DNA from: Ranitomeya imitator
Taxonomy: Eukaryota
Length of the DNA: 64,000 bases
Assembly (NCBI RefSeq): GCF_032444005.1
Contig: NC_091282.1
Location: forward strand, 174,282,001 to 174,346,000
Direction: 5' to 3'
Numbering within the stretch: the first letter of the stretch is position 1; every line of letters begins with the position of its first letter. Below the pieces are notes generated by a model, which was not told the origin of the DNA, did not search any database, and worked only from the letters and a program-made list of their open reading frames with translations. This document shows positions 24,048-38,344 of the stretch, in pieces. Made by a program: the position numbers and the translations under genes.

Positions 24048-25576
24048 CTGCTGCCTCTACTGGAGAAGAAAAGATGATGAAAAATATTGGTTCCAAAATT
24101 GTGCTGATGTGAAGTAGACATGTGGGAAATGTTACCTATTAAGTATTTTGTGTGACATATCTCTGTGATTTAAGGGCATGAAAATTTAAAATTGGAAAAT
24201 TGTGAAATTTTTAAAATTTTTGCCAAATTTCCTTTTTTTTCACAAATAAACACAAGTCATATCAAAGAAATTTTACCACTATCATGAAGTACAATATGTC
24301 ATGAGAAATCAATGTCAGAATCACCAGGATCCGTTGAAGTGTTCCGAAGTTATAACCTCACAAAGGGACAGTGGTCAGAATTGTAAAAATTGACCCGGTC
24401 ATTTATGTGCAAACCACCCTTGGAAGTAAAGGGGTTAACGGCTTTGGAAAGTCCACTGTAAGTACCACTAATGTGATACTGTGACCTGAAGACACGTAAA
24501 TTAATGGACTATAATTTTGTAAATCTGGAGGGAGCTATTTTACCTGCTTATGATTTTATACAAAAAGGCTTCCTTTTAATGAATCTGTTTTTTTAACAAA
24601 ATTAAAAGATAGATCTCTTCAGATCAACGTAAATGTTTTAGATAGTAACTAATGCATCTCTTATTGTCAAACATTATTTTAAATAATGAAATACTATATC
24701 CACTTATTATTAATAATATGGTCACTTCACTTTAGTTAGCTTTGGGAAGCATTCTTTTACCTTTCAGAAGCAGCTCACACTTTTGTGGTACTGAACGGAT
24801 GCTAATCTACTGAAATGCGTCCTTGAATGGCCCTTTATGACTTTAATGAAGGGTTTGACATGATTTAGTGATTAAGTCTTTTGTACAATTGCATCTTAAA
24901 GAAATGTCAACTTTACCTAAGTTTTGTGTTATGAACACTCATAAAAGTTTATCCTGATCAGTTATAATTAATGGAAACTATTTCAATAATAAATGATTGT
25001 GCAGTATTTCTTTATTTTAAAGGGCCATTCTAGTGTTTTTTCTCATTTCACCCCCAGAGTGGTGTCACTAGTGTGTGTTCCCTATATGTTGCTGTCATCT
25101 ACCATTCTCGATACCATTCTGGTCCTCTTCTGTTAGTTAGTTACAACTAGCTGGATTGCTCTAGTGTTTGCTTGACGAGCCAGAAGTAACTTTTTAACCC
25201 ATTACTTGCCAAATTAGAAATTTTCATTTTACGGATTTTTCAGAAAAGGGCGTCCCAATATTCTATTAAAAATGACAACGACATGATTTCCTATTTTGAA
25301 AACATACATTTTACAAACACAACACAAAAAATTGGACCCAATTATAAAAATTATAAAATCTTAGTTGCTAGAAGCAAAAGATTAAGCGTCCCAAAAAAAG
25401 GACATTGGTAGATAATGGGTTAAAGTAAGTCCATGAGAGACAGAGCGAGGCTTTCATACAATTACATTGAGAGCTAATGACCATTAGCTCTGACTTACAG
25501 TCAATCACGATCTGCATTCACAAAATTGCCGACTAGGACCGTAGCAGTTGTGTGAACTGAAGATGGAGGCTGTTAA

Positions 25577-26103
25577 AGGGAAACTGTCACCCCCAAAATT
25601 GAAGATGAGCTAAGCCCATTGGCATCAGGGGCTTATCTACAGCATTCTGTAATGCTGTAGATAAGCCCCCGATGTTACCTGAAAGATGAGAAAAAGACGT
25701 TAGATTATACTCACCCAGGGGCGGTCCCGCTGCGGTCCAGTCCGATGGGCATCACGGTCCAGTCTGGGGCCTCCCATCTTCATAGGACGATGTCCTCTTC
25801 TTGTCTTCACGCTGTAGCTCCAGCGCAGGGGTACTTTGTCTGCCCTTTTGAGGGCAGAGCAAAGTACTGCAGTGCGCAGGCGCTGGGAAAGGTCAGAGAG
25901 GACGTCATCCTATGAAGATGGGAGGCCCCGGACCGCGATGCCCATCGGATCGGACTGCCCTCCCAGGTGAGTATAATCTAACCTCTTTTTCTCATCTTTC
26001 AGGATATATCGGGGCATATGTACAGCATTACAGAATGCTGTAGATAAGCCCCTTATGCCGGTGGCCTTAGCTCACCTTCGATTTTGGGGCTGACAGGTTC
26101 CCT
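25577..26103. mobile_element. Kolobok/T2-type MITE
   Basis: TTAA|AGGGAAACTGTCA ... TGACAGGTTCCCT|TTAA with a palindromic interior. Confidence 0.88.
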
Positions 26104-28198
26104 TTAAGTATCTTACTACAGGTAGAGAACAGAAATTAGTGATGCTATTCCTGGGATGAAATAAAAAAAGGGGTGATTAAAAATGTTTATCTTTAGAAAA
26201 TGGACAATTCTGAGCAATGGACACTTTACTTGACTTCTTTTAAAACATGATTAAGAGTTAGGACAATTCTGCTTCTACTGTGTTCTCTAAAGTTAAATAT
26301 AAAAATTGGGGCCTAGCGGGCAATAGAGTTAATTTCCATATAAAGAAAGAAAATACAGTTTTATGTATTAGTCAGTAGGATAACATTAATAGTTGTTATA
26401 AGGCATTAGAGTTCGTGAAGGAAACAAGGCAATTTGATAGCTTCAAATTGCTGTAAGAAAGTGGGAATAGTTGTTTTTACAACTATTCCCACTTTCTCGC
26501 AATATTTGTATATTCGTATTCCCAAATTTTACTGTACATATAAAAAACATCTTCTATTAATAGGTATCTAGAACGTAATTTACATTGACTCTGAAAAGTA
26601 AAAGTGACAGCTACCATAGGAGCCATAGGAGTACCTTTTAGTCCCTTCCACTCTCACTGTACAGAGACTTTTTTATGTCACCACACAAGTAATTTATCAC
26701 ACATCTTTACATTCCGAAACTCTTATGGCTCACTAGATTAGGTGGATCCCTCAAAGTGTTGGTCAGTTTGGGCAGATGACATTGTTATATTGAGAAGCAA
26801 CAATAAAAGTTGAACAGCAGGAAAAAATGAAAATGAGAAATGAAGTGGTGTTAACTGATAGTAGAGTATGTTTGCGTCAGATTGACAAATCTACTAATAT
26901 TTTCCCTCAAAATTGGACCACCGTAGTGCAAATTTATGCCTGCTCAAAACCTATTTAGATATCAGTTTCTGATGTAAGGACAGCCACAAATGCACCGCAT
27001 TCATTAGGAGAATTAATTGTTAAAATTAGCGTATTTTACTCCAGTGAAAAATACTGTAGTTTAAGACTGATATATATGAAATACTTATCTTAGTAGATCT
27101 TTCTCAATCTCACAAATTGGCACAGGATCATGGAGTAAGACATTAAGCGAAATCTGTCATTAGACTATTGCCATCTAGTCTGAGAGTAGCATGATATAGA
27201 AGCAGAGGCCTCGATGTAGCACTAATTCGGTGGCTTATTGTAGTTTTCATAAATTGATAGTTTTATCAGCAGGAGATTATCACTGGAGGTCTAGTAAACC
27301 TGATGCCATATAGTCCTCATCATTGATCATCATTATATGCTCTTTTTTAGGTTTACATGTGACATTTTTTATCCTTTCCATGGCTGTGTTTGCAGTCCTA
27401 ACTTAGAAATATTTTCATACTTTTTGTGACTAGAAGTGTTGTCTATATCTAATCTCCTCCATATTTTACAGCATTTTGCTTTTGATCCCTTTATAATACT
27501 ATATTTGCATTTATTTTTTTCTGAAATCTACTTAAATTTATTCAATATATAAAATTGAGTACCGAAATGTTGCTTTGACCTACAGTGTTAATGTAATTTT
27601 TCCAAACAGCCGCACTGAGCAGAAATCAAAGTTGTTTCATTTGTAGCTATAGATAATGTTAACAGCACTTAGAGTAGTAGCAAATGGAGTTTCATAATCA
27701 TATGTGTTGTTTTTTCATGACATTAATTCATGATTTGTAAGGCCTGATGGAAAAAATAAGGTGACTGTCAGCAAACACATAAAATATATTGTTTAAGATG
27801 ACAGTGACAGACCTAGTGTTGTCCATTACCAAAATTTAATAGAAAATTAAAAAGTAAAGAGCACAATTCCAATCTTTTTTCTAATAAAAATAGGAGTAAG
27901 GAAATGAAAGTGAAAAGTTAGCTATGTTGTTAGACATGATATTTTAAGCATCTTTCAAAAGGTATTAGGTGTTCAGATTGAATATACGAAAGATGACCGC
28001 AACTCAGGGCTCGTTTACACGACTACTTTTGGTCCTATCCATTATGATATCTGTTAAAATAGATGGATCACACTCAGACCAATGTTATTCACTGGGGCAA
28101 TGCGGATGACTGATTTTTTTCACTGACTGAATCTGTATGTGAAAAAAAAATCACAGCATTCATGATTTTCCTCTAGAAATTGGATGAGACTCACCAAT

Positions 28199-28975
28199 TT
28201 TTAGGGCTAGCGGAACGCACAGAGTATAGGAAGGAAACAACAAGGTGCGTTCGCAGCTCAGGGTCCACTGTGCAGAGATATCTGCTGCAAAGTAATTGGC
28301 GGCACTATATGGCGGTATATGCAAACTCTGTTAACTTCACAGAATCGCAACGATATGAAAATGCTGTGCCCTGTTAACCTCACAGAGGATCACAGCAACC
28401 TAACTAAGCAAAGCAAAGAGTGTATGCAGACAGCATAGCACACAAACAACTCCTCACCGGAGGTGTCGATATTCTAGGGGCTTATTTCAGCCGGGCCCTG
28501 AATCCAAGCATACAAAACTCCTCACCAGAGGTGCAGGTATTCTTATTTCAGCCAACCCTGACCACATGCAGACATGACCACCAAGTAGCAAAGCTCATAA
28601 CATAGGTTGATACTAGCACATGGCCGTGGGCCATACGAACTTTATATAGCTGCAGCAGACAAGGACCTTCCTAGTGGTCCAATTGGAGCTGCTACAAGAC
28701 CTGAGCATGTGACCCCCATCCTCCCGTGGGCATGCTTAGTGTGTACAAAGCAGGACTTAGTCCCAGAAAAGCCTGCTCGCCGCTGACCAGTGCAGGCTAC
28801 AAAAGAAGAACCTGGAATGGTAACAGTAACCCTTTGCACAGAATCAGGCTGAGCAAGACGCTTGGACCAACATCTCCGCTGAGCAGGCTCCACTGCGGCT
28901 GATGCAGAATGGGAGACCGCAGCGGAGATGGCTCAAGATTCCCCCTGTGCAGAGGTGGGAACTCGACCCCTAACC
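28199..28975 (-). mobile_element. Solo Gypsy-type LTR inserted in a PIF MITE fragment
   Basis: The right ~370 bp are similar to 480-848. Both termini are mutated. Flanks are ccaat / cccat (4/5). Confidence 0.7.
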
Positions 28976-30756
28976 CCCATTGAAGACTATTTGGGTGAAA
29001 AAAAATTGGATGCCACTGTATAACATCCAATTTAACATATACATTTCAATTGTGTAACATAGGAAACTGGAAATGATCTTGTAAATGATAAACAGCAGAT
29101 TGTATACAGATGGCTCACGGAGAACAAGTGAGAAATAATTGGCCCACTTTTCTGGATGAAACTCTGACAATTTTTTTTACATGGCTGTGTCAACCTACTC
29201 TTACTCAAAGTTATCAGAGACTATTTTCTCCAAAAAATTAGTGAGAGATGAATTAAAATGACCTTTATAGTATAAATATGGAACATACCGTAAGAAACTA
29301 ATTACATGCAGAAGGAAAGAAAAGGGATCAAAAAATAGAAGGTTAAAGAATCAGATGCTTCTTCCAGAGTAGAGATTATCTTGACCATTGTTTCCCAACT
29401 AAGGCATTGTGGAACCCTACAGTTCCTTGGAACCTGAGCAGGAGTAATCAAAAACATAGCAGCTCCAGGATCAGTTATTTTTGCAGCATACATGATGTAC
29501 TAATCTTGCTTGATTTTTTTTTTAGATATTTTAGTAAAATGCTTACATGGTTACTATAGCATAATTATAAGCTTTTTTAAAAGTATTTAAATATTTATTG
29601 ACAAACACATCAAGTACATGCAAAGATTCAATGTTTACAGTGTTTAGCCTTAATTTTCAAGACTTCTGCCCCTCGCCATGGCAGCTGGATATCAGCTTCT
29701 ACTCCAAATCCTAGTACTAGGGAAGGAGAAAAAAGTAAATGCATGTAAATAGTGCACTCCAGAGAGAAAATTAGGCAAAAAAGTATACATTTATTAGCTC
29801 ATTGACAATCAAAAACACCAAGGATAGATTAAAAGCATTTAAGAACAGGTACAGAATAACACAACCACATCCCTGGTAGAAAGCTATAAGGAAGTCAAAG
29901 ACTTTTTTCTCCTTCCCTAGTACTATGCTTTCTCTTATGCATGATGCGGCACCCATTTATAGTTTATTCACGCCTATTAATGTAGTGCACCCTCTACCCT
30001 TTGCAGTTCCTCTACTCCAAATCCTGACTGATGGAAACCCAATCTCATGTAATTGACCACAGGATCTCAATTAGATAGAAAAGAGGAGAGTTACCTGACA
30101 ATAGACACAAAATTTCAATGTTTGTCTACCCAGCCACTTAGTTCGAAATGTTGTCCTGTGACATGTTCTCTATCAGCCTGGAAAAGCATTGTTTGCCACA
30201 AAATTGTTTCCAGATTGTTGGGGCAAGTTGCCCTTGGAGGATGTTTTGATTCCATTCTTTACTCATGGCAGTGTTCTTGGGCAAAATTGTGAGGGAGCCC
30301 CCTCCCTTGGCTGAAAAATAACATGAATGAACATATGAATGGTCTCAGGATGCTTTACTGATTGCACTACACAGGACTGGTAGCGCTCATCTTGTCTTCT
30401 CTATGCAATTATTCATCTAGATGTCAAAAACAATCTGAAGGAGGCTTCATATGAGACAACAGATATTACTAAACTGGATTCTCATCTACATCTGCACTAC
30501 TCAGTATGGCTACATACTTTCCTCAATTCTTCTGTTGCTTCTGTCTGTGTGCTAGCTAAGAGATGACATGGAGGATTACATTTGTGTGCTGGGTATGAAA
30601 GACGACAAAGCTGCTAAACTCTTCTCAACAGCTCAGAGTAAATTTCAAATTAAGAAATAGAGGCTGCAGAGAGGAAAATTAATGAACATGTAGGATACTA
30701 ATAATATAATGACCAAAAATGTTATTATTTATCACGATCATAGACATGACAGCTTA

Positions 30757-31040
30757 GGCTGCGTTCACATTTGCGTTGTGCGATGTTGTGTTGGAGACGC
30801 AACGCACAACGCAAACAAAAATGCAACAAAACGCACGCTAAAACGCAGCGTTTTGCGGCGTATGCGTCCTTTTTTGCCGAAATTTGGACGGAAAAAAAAA
30901 AAGCAACTTGCTGCGTTTCTGCGCCCCACGCTTGCGGCAAAAAAACCGCATGCATCGCAAAACGCAGCACAACGCATGGCGCATGCGTCGCCGCGGCTGC
31001 GCCCGACGCAGCCTGGCAGAACGCAAATGTGAACGTAGCC
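30757..31040. mobile_element. PIF/Harbinger-type MITE
   Basis: TTA|GGCTGCGTTCACATTTGCG ... CGCAAATGTGAACGTAGCC|TTA. Confidence 0.9.
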
Positions 31041-31353
31041 TTATTATGAACACCTACTTGAAATACAGTACAGTTACCATTTCATTATTACAGTACATAA
31101 AGGTGCTTCAAGTTTCTTAAAATTACTGAATGCCATATGAGCTCCACACAATCTATTTCCTTCAAGTATCAGAATAGCTCAATTGGAAGTCTTCATGTTC
31201 CATGTATTTTCTATAAGTGCAATTCTTGAACATTTTTTTTTACTCTTGTTGGCTGCTTTTCAGATACACATTGATTTTTTTTTTATTTTCTAAAGAAATC
31301 AAGCTTTAGATATAACCTTAAATTGATAGAGTGCATGAAATATATTCTATAGT

Positions 31354-31516
31354 CCTGTAGAATGTAAGCCAGGGTCCTCGCCCCTCTGTATCAGTCCGTC
31401 ACTGTTAGTTTGTTTACTGTATGTGATATTTGTAACTTGTATGTAACCCCTTCTCATGTACAGCACCATGGAATCAATGGTGCTATATAAATAAATAATA
31501 ATAATAATAATAATAA
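31354..31516 (+). mobile_element. L2-type LINE/SINE 3' tail
   Basis: ...gtacagcaccatggaatcaatggtgctatataaataaat(aat)n. The same family occurs in reverse at 49118-49325. Confidence 0.65.
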
Positions 31517-34101
31517 CTTAGCCCTTGGCAACTGAATTTAATGGTTATATAAGTATTGACTGTTGAAGTTAATATCACTGGTTAGAAAGGGGAAGTATAG
31601 TTTTCTCTAATGGTATGAAACATAATGTTATATCAATAAGCGCGTGTCATATGCTAAAAAATAGAACTCTATTTATGAAAAAATATACATGCCTGTAGTT
31701 ATCAATGCCTCAGCAGGACTGAAATAACACAATTCTAATAAAGAGATCGACAGCATTTTTAGCTAACACATTTGAGAGCAACTTATCTTATAGCAAGTAG
31801 AATAAAAGACTTTTTTAAAATGTATTTTAGAGACAGAGGTTTAATTTACAAAACCTGCAAGAAACAAAATGAGCAAAACCCCTGCTGTAACTAAATAAGA
31901 GAAAAGCAAAAGTGCATTTAAATAACACAGGGTTCTTAGTAATACTGTTTTTGATAAAAAATAGCATAAAAGCTGTACGACCATCGACAAGTTGACCCTG
32001 ATCGGGGGACAGCCCTACGCTGTCTAATATTAAAAATCTTACCATGTGTCAGAGTTGACCTCAGTGTGTGAATAAGGGCAGTCAAAAAGGATCTGGTCCC
32101 AACCTGTGGACAACAGTCTGGGGAAGCATTTAAATGTAATTTCTGGCTCAGGAGAGGGAGGCCACACCCCAGCTTCCACAGAATGCAAAAACACAAAGAA
32201 AAAACACAAAAAATGAGCTTGGTTTACGTTGGTATACATGCAGCACATAAACTCTTGTTCACATTGGCCATAAAGCATACAAAACCTGCAAGAAACAAAA
32301 TGAACAGATGTATAATTTGTATGGTTTGCAAGAATTTTAATTTAGAAATATTTACTGTTCTAATATTTGTTTTAGTATTATTTTTGCCATTCTCTATATC
32401 TCTTTTATTTAGATATTCCCTCTTTATCTAGAGTTACAAGTGGTTTTTAAGAGTTGTAGAGATACTTCAGATAAAGGGTCATGTGTTAAATTTACATTGA
32501 AAAAAATGATATAGCCATGCATTTCGCCTAGTAACACATAATAAAAGGCATTAAATGGGAAGAGTTGGAGGCACAAAAATGAGAATTCCAAACTGACTAG
32601 TACCTAGGCAGATTAGTAATGGATTGTACCGCAAAAATTTAATTTTCTATTTCTGAAGAGCAAGTTTTCCAGGATTTTTTTATTTGGCCCAAATTTAATA
32701 AATTATAAATTCTATGAAGGGGTAGAAGGGGAGAAGAGCATGAGGTACACAAAAGCAGAAACAGTTGGGTTCATTTACTCACTTTGTCACTATAAGTAAA
32801 ATGAAAATAACCATGTTGGAAATTTGACAGGTACGTTGTGGCATAGAGCTGTAATGCTTGACCACTTTTTGAGAGTGCACATGTGACAGGAAACAGTTAG
32901 CGGGGAATGGCATGCAGCCTGATGAGAAAGAAAAGGATGGAGATCTGAATATACAAGTTCTAATAAAATAAGTTGCTGTTGATTTAATCTCTAAGTGCCT
33001 AAATTTCATGAAGTTACAAGTGGTGACGAAAAGAACTAGGTTAAGGTAACGAGAATAACGTATATTCTCTCATCCAAGTGAATTGGGTTGATTATTTAAA
33101 TCACACTCTGATCAGTTTCAGTTCAGATTGCCAGCATAGTGTGATCTGATTCTCTTGGATGAAGAGATGATGGAGAAAAAAAAATCTCCATCTTCTCCAT
33201 TGCAAAAGTCCATGAAAATCGAATGTCATCAGAGTGCAGCCCAAGGTTTTCAACAGACTCATTGACTTGCATGTCCGAGTGTAAGGAAAAGAATCCTGTC
33301 CCATAGAATAACATTGGTCTGAGTGCGATACGATGTTTTGTTTGGCCCACCTTAGGACCGATAATATGGTCATCTCCACGAGCCCTAAGAGTCCTACTGA
33401 GGTAAAAGTTGACTATCATTCAGCATGAATCAAATGTAAAGGTGGGTGCTACAGACATCCATATAGCATGACATAACCTGCATTTTTTTGCAGAAACTCC
33501 AAAACATTTAACAGTTACAGCAAAGTGAAAGTGAGTTCATTAAAACCGATGCCCACAGTATGCTTAAAGAGGCTAAACAGAGCATTTTCTAGTATTTTTT
33601 CTCCGTGCAGGCTTCTAAGAGGAGCCTGAAAAAATGTATGTAAAAACGCAGCTACGTTTTGAAGTACCGTAACTTCAGCATTTCTGCACATAAAAAAGAA
33701 AAATTAAATACTTTAAAAAATGCAATTTAAACTTATCAACAAATGAAAACCAGTAGCAAAAATGCAGCAGAAAAATATTCAGAGCAGATTGCTATTGCGT
33801 ATTTTGGTGTGAATAGCTCTAGAAAAAACAGAGCGTATAAAAGCCAAATTTTTGTATGTGGGAACATAGCCTGAAACTACAGTACAATTATTTCTTAAGA
33901 TGGCAGACTGCATATGCTCCCCAAATTTTTTTTACAACTGATAACACTGACTTGGGTCACAAGTAGAAAAAGTGGATAAGTAGATTTGAAAATTTTCTAA
34001 AAGCAATGAACTAAAATATGATTTAAAAAAAGCTTTTTTTTGGATTATGCTGGCGGACAGTTGTGTGACAAACATGGCACACTCTCTGCTGCAGACACTA
34101 A

Positions 34102-34570
34102 GGCTGCTTTCACACGTCAGTGTTTTTGCCAACAGTCGCAATCAGTCAAATTTTGAAAAAAACGGATCCATCGCAGATTGTGAAAAACTGATGCAGCGGA
34201 TCTGTTTTTTCACCGGATCCGACTAGCTGATCTGGCTAATTGGATCATAAAAAAAGGAGCATGTTCATTTGACGGATTCGGCACCATAGGCTTCCATTCT
34301 AGCAAACAACAGACAGCGATGGATACGTCGCTGTCTGTTTTTTCGACGGACACAAAAGACGTTTCAGTGTCCATTGTCTCCAGCTGCCAGACAAACAATT
34401 TTTTACGGATCCGGCAAACGACAGATGAAACGTGAAGCCATCTATCGCAATCCATCGCTAATACAAGCCTATGAGAAAAAAACAGATCCGGCTGCATCAG
34501 TCGCTAGAACCATTTTTTCAAAATTCAACGGAATGCAACTGATGGCAAAATCTGATGTGTGAAAGGGGCC
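34102..34570. mobile_element. PIF/Harbinger-type MITE
   Basis: TAA|GGCTGCTTTCACAC ... GTGTGAAAGGGGCC|TAA. Confidence 0.85.
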
Positions 34571-34968
34571 TAACATCAGATAAAAGAGATAAAAGTACAG
34601 TATATGAGAGATGCAAAGACTCCTTCAAATCCAGCACAGCAGGCTTCAGAGGAAACATCCACCACATGCAATGACTATGGCACTGGTTCATCAAGCAGTT
34701 TTCACCAGTATTATGTCATAAACATGTTGAAATGTTTTTTAAAAATAAGTGAAGCTCAGGTAGAACTGGACATGTAACAAGTGTACCCAACAAATTCATC
34801 ATAATATACCTGAAAAGTGACATCAATTATGATAGAAAAGTGTGCCATCCCATGATTGATATACATTTCTGACAGTGCCACGTGGCAGTTCATAGATACG
34901 CACAATGTATTGAAAAGCAGATACCTCTTAATGAAATTGGTACAACTTACAGCAAGCACCAGTCTTAA

Positions 34969-35420
34969 AGGGAACCTGTCACCTATAAGATGCGGCCACT
35001 GCCTTTCAGGGCTTATCTACAGCATTCTATAATGCTCCTGCGCAGGTGTACTTCTCTGCTTGCAGAGTAAAGTACTGCAGTGCGCAGACGCTGGGCCTCT
35101 CTGACCTTTCCTAGCACCTGCGCACTGCAGTACTTTACTCTGTCCTTAAAAGGGCAGAGAAGTACGCTTGCACTGGAGCGCCAATGCTGGGGAGCAATGA
35201 AGAAGCAGGAGGGCATCATCTCTAGAAGATGGGAGGCGCCAGACTCGGACCTGCGACACCCATCGGACTGGACCGCCCCCCTGGTGAGTGTAATGTAACT
35301 TATTTTTCTTCACTTGCAGGTCAGACCTGGGGCTTATCTACTGCATTATAGCATGCTGTAGATAAGCCCTGAAAGGCAGTGGCCACATACCATAGCGGCA
35401 AAATCTGCTGAAGGTTCCCT
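34969..35420. mobile_element. Kolobok/T2-type MITE
   Basis: TTAA|AGGGAACC ... GGTTCCCT|TTAA. Shares internal motifs (gggcttatctacagcatt) with 25577-26103. Confidence 0.85.
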
Positions 35421-36053
35421 TTAAGGATTCACGGCCTATGTTTTTGATACCTCTGCAACCAAATCAGTACAAGCTCCAAGTGGTACAATCCCTTTATTCA
35501 GTGCTGACATTTCTTTTACTATTGATGTTGGAGAATTAGTAATTAATTATCATGGACACTAATACATATGAGAAATTATAGATGCAGCCTGTCCTTAAAT
35601 CTCTTCACACTAAAATTTTTCCATATGGATCTCAGGTCCCACTACCTACTATGGGAAAATGTGTTGGTAAAATCAGCGATATGGGCCAAAGAAACACATA
35701 TTTTGCCAAAGGAACATACATTTTTACATATTTACATCTTAAGTTCTGGAAGCTGTCTTCTGTGCTACCATACTGGGCCGCATTTGGAACTCATGCCCCC
35801 TTTAAGTGGCCATGCCCCCTACTGATAAGTCAAACTATGAGTATGTGCACATGACATCTAATAAAGGCAAATCTGCTATGCAACCTGCTAATAAAGTGCT
35901 AATAAAAGAACATCTGCACTTGCTGCCCTTATATTCAGTTTTGAGCGTCTTTTAACAGCTTCAGGTTTTTAAAGATGCAAAGAGGTTAAAATAGGTAGCC
36001 TAACCATTACCGCTAGGAAGCCCCTCACTAGATCTTAAAAGAATTCCAATTAA

Positions 36054-37271
36054 CCTCTTTCTGACCTTGGATGGGATAGTACGTCTGAGGTCAGATACCG
36101 CGCTTTGATGCAGGGCTCCGGTGGTGAGCCCGCATCAAAGCCGGCACATGTCAGTTGTTTTCAACAGCTGACATGTGCCCGCAATAGCGGCGGGCGAAAT
36201 CATGATTCACCCGCCGCTATTAACTAGTTAAATGCTGCTGTCAAATGCTGACAGCAGCATTTAACCGGTGCTTCCGGCCGGGCGGCCGGAAATGAGCGCA
36301 TCGCCGACCCCCGTCACATGATCGGGGGTCAGCGATGCTTCTGCATTGTAACAATAGAGGTCCTTGAGACCTCTATGGTTACTGATGCCGGCCTGCTGTG
36401 AGAGCCACCCTGTGGTCGGCGCTCATAGCACACTTGCATTTCTGCTGCATAGCAGCGATCTAATGATTGCTGCTATGTAGCAGAGCCAAGCATGGCAAAA
36501 GTTAAAAAAAAGTTAAAAAATGTGAAAAAAAAATATAAAAGTTTAAATCACCCCCCTTTCGCCCCATTCAAAATAAATCAATGAAAAAAATCAAACCTAC
36601 ACATATTTGGTATTGCCGCATTCAGAATCGCCCGATCTGTCAATAAAAAAAAGGATTAACCTGATCGCTAAACGGGTTAGCGAGAAAAAAATTTGAACCG
36701 CCAAAATTACATTTTTTTAGTCGCCGCGACATTCTATTAAAATGCAATAATGGGTGATTAAAAGAACATATCTGCACCAAAATGCTATCATTAAAAAAAG
36801 CCATCTTAGCACACAATAAATAAGCCATAACCCGACCCCAGATCATGAAAAATGGAGCTGCTACGGGTATCGGAAAATGGCGCTTTTTTTTTCAGCAAAG
36901 TTTGGAATTTTTTTTCACCACTTAGATAAAGGAGAACCTAGCCATGTTTGGTGTCTATGAACTCGTAATGACCTGTGGAATCATAATGGTAGGTCAGATT
37001 TAGTATTTAGTTAACCTAGTAAAAAAGCCAATCAAAAAACAAGTGTTGGATTGCAATTTTTTTGCAATTTCACCGCACTTGGAATTTTTTCCCCATTTTC
37101 TAGTACACGACATGCTAAAACAAATGATATTGTTCAAAAGTAAAACTTGTTTTGAAAAAATAAGCCCTCACATGGCCATATTGATGGAAAAATAAAAAAG
37201 TTATGGCTCTGGGAAGGAGGGGAGCGAAAAATGAACACGGAAAAATGGAAAATTCCAAGGTCATGAAGGGG
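36054..37271 (+). mobile_element. piggyBac-like non-autonomous element, complete
   Basis: TTAA|CCTCTTTCTGACC ... GGTCATGAAGGGG|TTAA. Confidence 0.85.
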
Positions 37272-38344
37272 TTAAATAAAGGATGGCCAAAAGATGTTGG
37301 AAAGCAATCAGAAAAACTGTTGTCTTAGGACAAAAAAAGGATGTCAGTGTGTCTTAATGTGTCTTCAACAAATAAAGTAGCACTCTCTAGCGCTATAGCA
37401 TGCAAACATGAAATATATGAAATTTGAAATGCATTACTGCGCTAGAAAATATGAAAAATAGAGAAAACATAGGGCATAAATTGGCCAGTTCATGTATACC
37501 CAGCAGCCACGATAAGGCAATTCTCATTGCTGGGAACCTATCTAGTGTGAATCCTCTCTTAGACTGAAGTCTACATTTATATAGGAAGGTAGAACCCCGC
37601 TGTAAATAAAAACCCCTTGAGGCAGAAGGGTTGAGTGCTCAGTCAGAAAGCACATGTATACAAATATACCACCAGTACATCACTAATTTTAGTACAGCGA
37701 ACAATTGCAATGTCAGGTCTGCCCAATATATAATTGTATCACATGACATTTCAGCTCCCAGTATGTCTTTAAATAACAAATACCGTTTTTTCCTTTCTGA
37801 GCGCTATTATGTGCCAAAACAACAGTTTTTGAACACGTATGGGATATTGCAACATTTAGGAGGAGCTGCATAATACATTTTGAGGTTAATTTTCTCCTAT
37901 TATCTCTCTTGAAATTGAAAACTTTGCAGCTAAGCAATATTTCAATTTCTAATTTTCATTTCTTAATTGTTCTGTAGCATCTGAAATGTTAACATATTAC
38001 CTGCCAGCAGTTTAGAATAGTTTGACTGTGCAGCGTGTAAGTTTTTTTCAGTATATAGGTGCCGCAAAGTAATTTAAAAACTGAATAGGTCAGAAATAAA
38101 AAGGATTTGCAAATTTTATTGAAAAAAAATCATGCTATTTTTTAACCTTTCTAATATCCTAATAAAATAAGTTAAGAAATGATTGTGACATAAAGTAGAC
38201 ATATGGGAAATTTTTAAATATGGTTGAAGAGTATAAGCATTCAGTTTAATAATTTTTAAGATTTTCAATAAGTTTAAAATATTTGAAGAAAATAGCTAAA
38301 TATATTGACCAAAATATGACTCTAGTTAAAAATACACTGTGTCA

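Noticed and set aside
23012-24112. 366-aa and overlapping long ORFs on both strands
   Set aside because: They are translations of the stop-free 20-bp GC-rich minisatellite in a hAT MITE.
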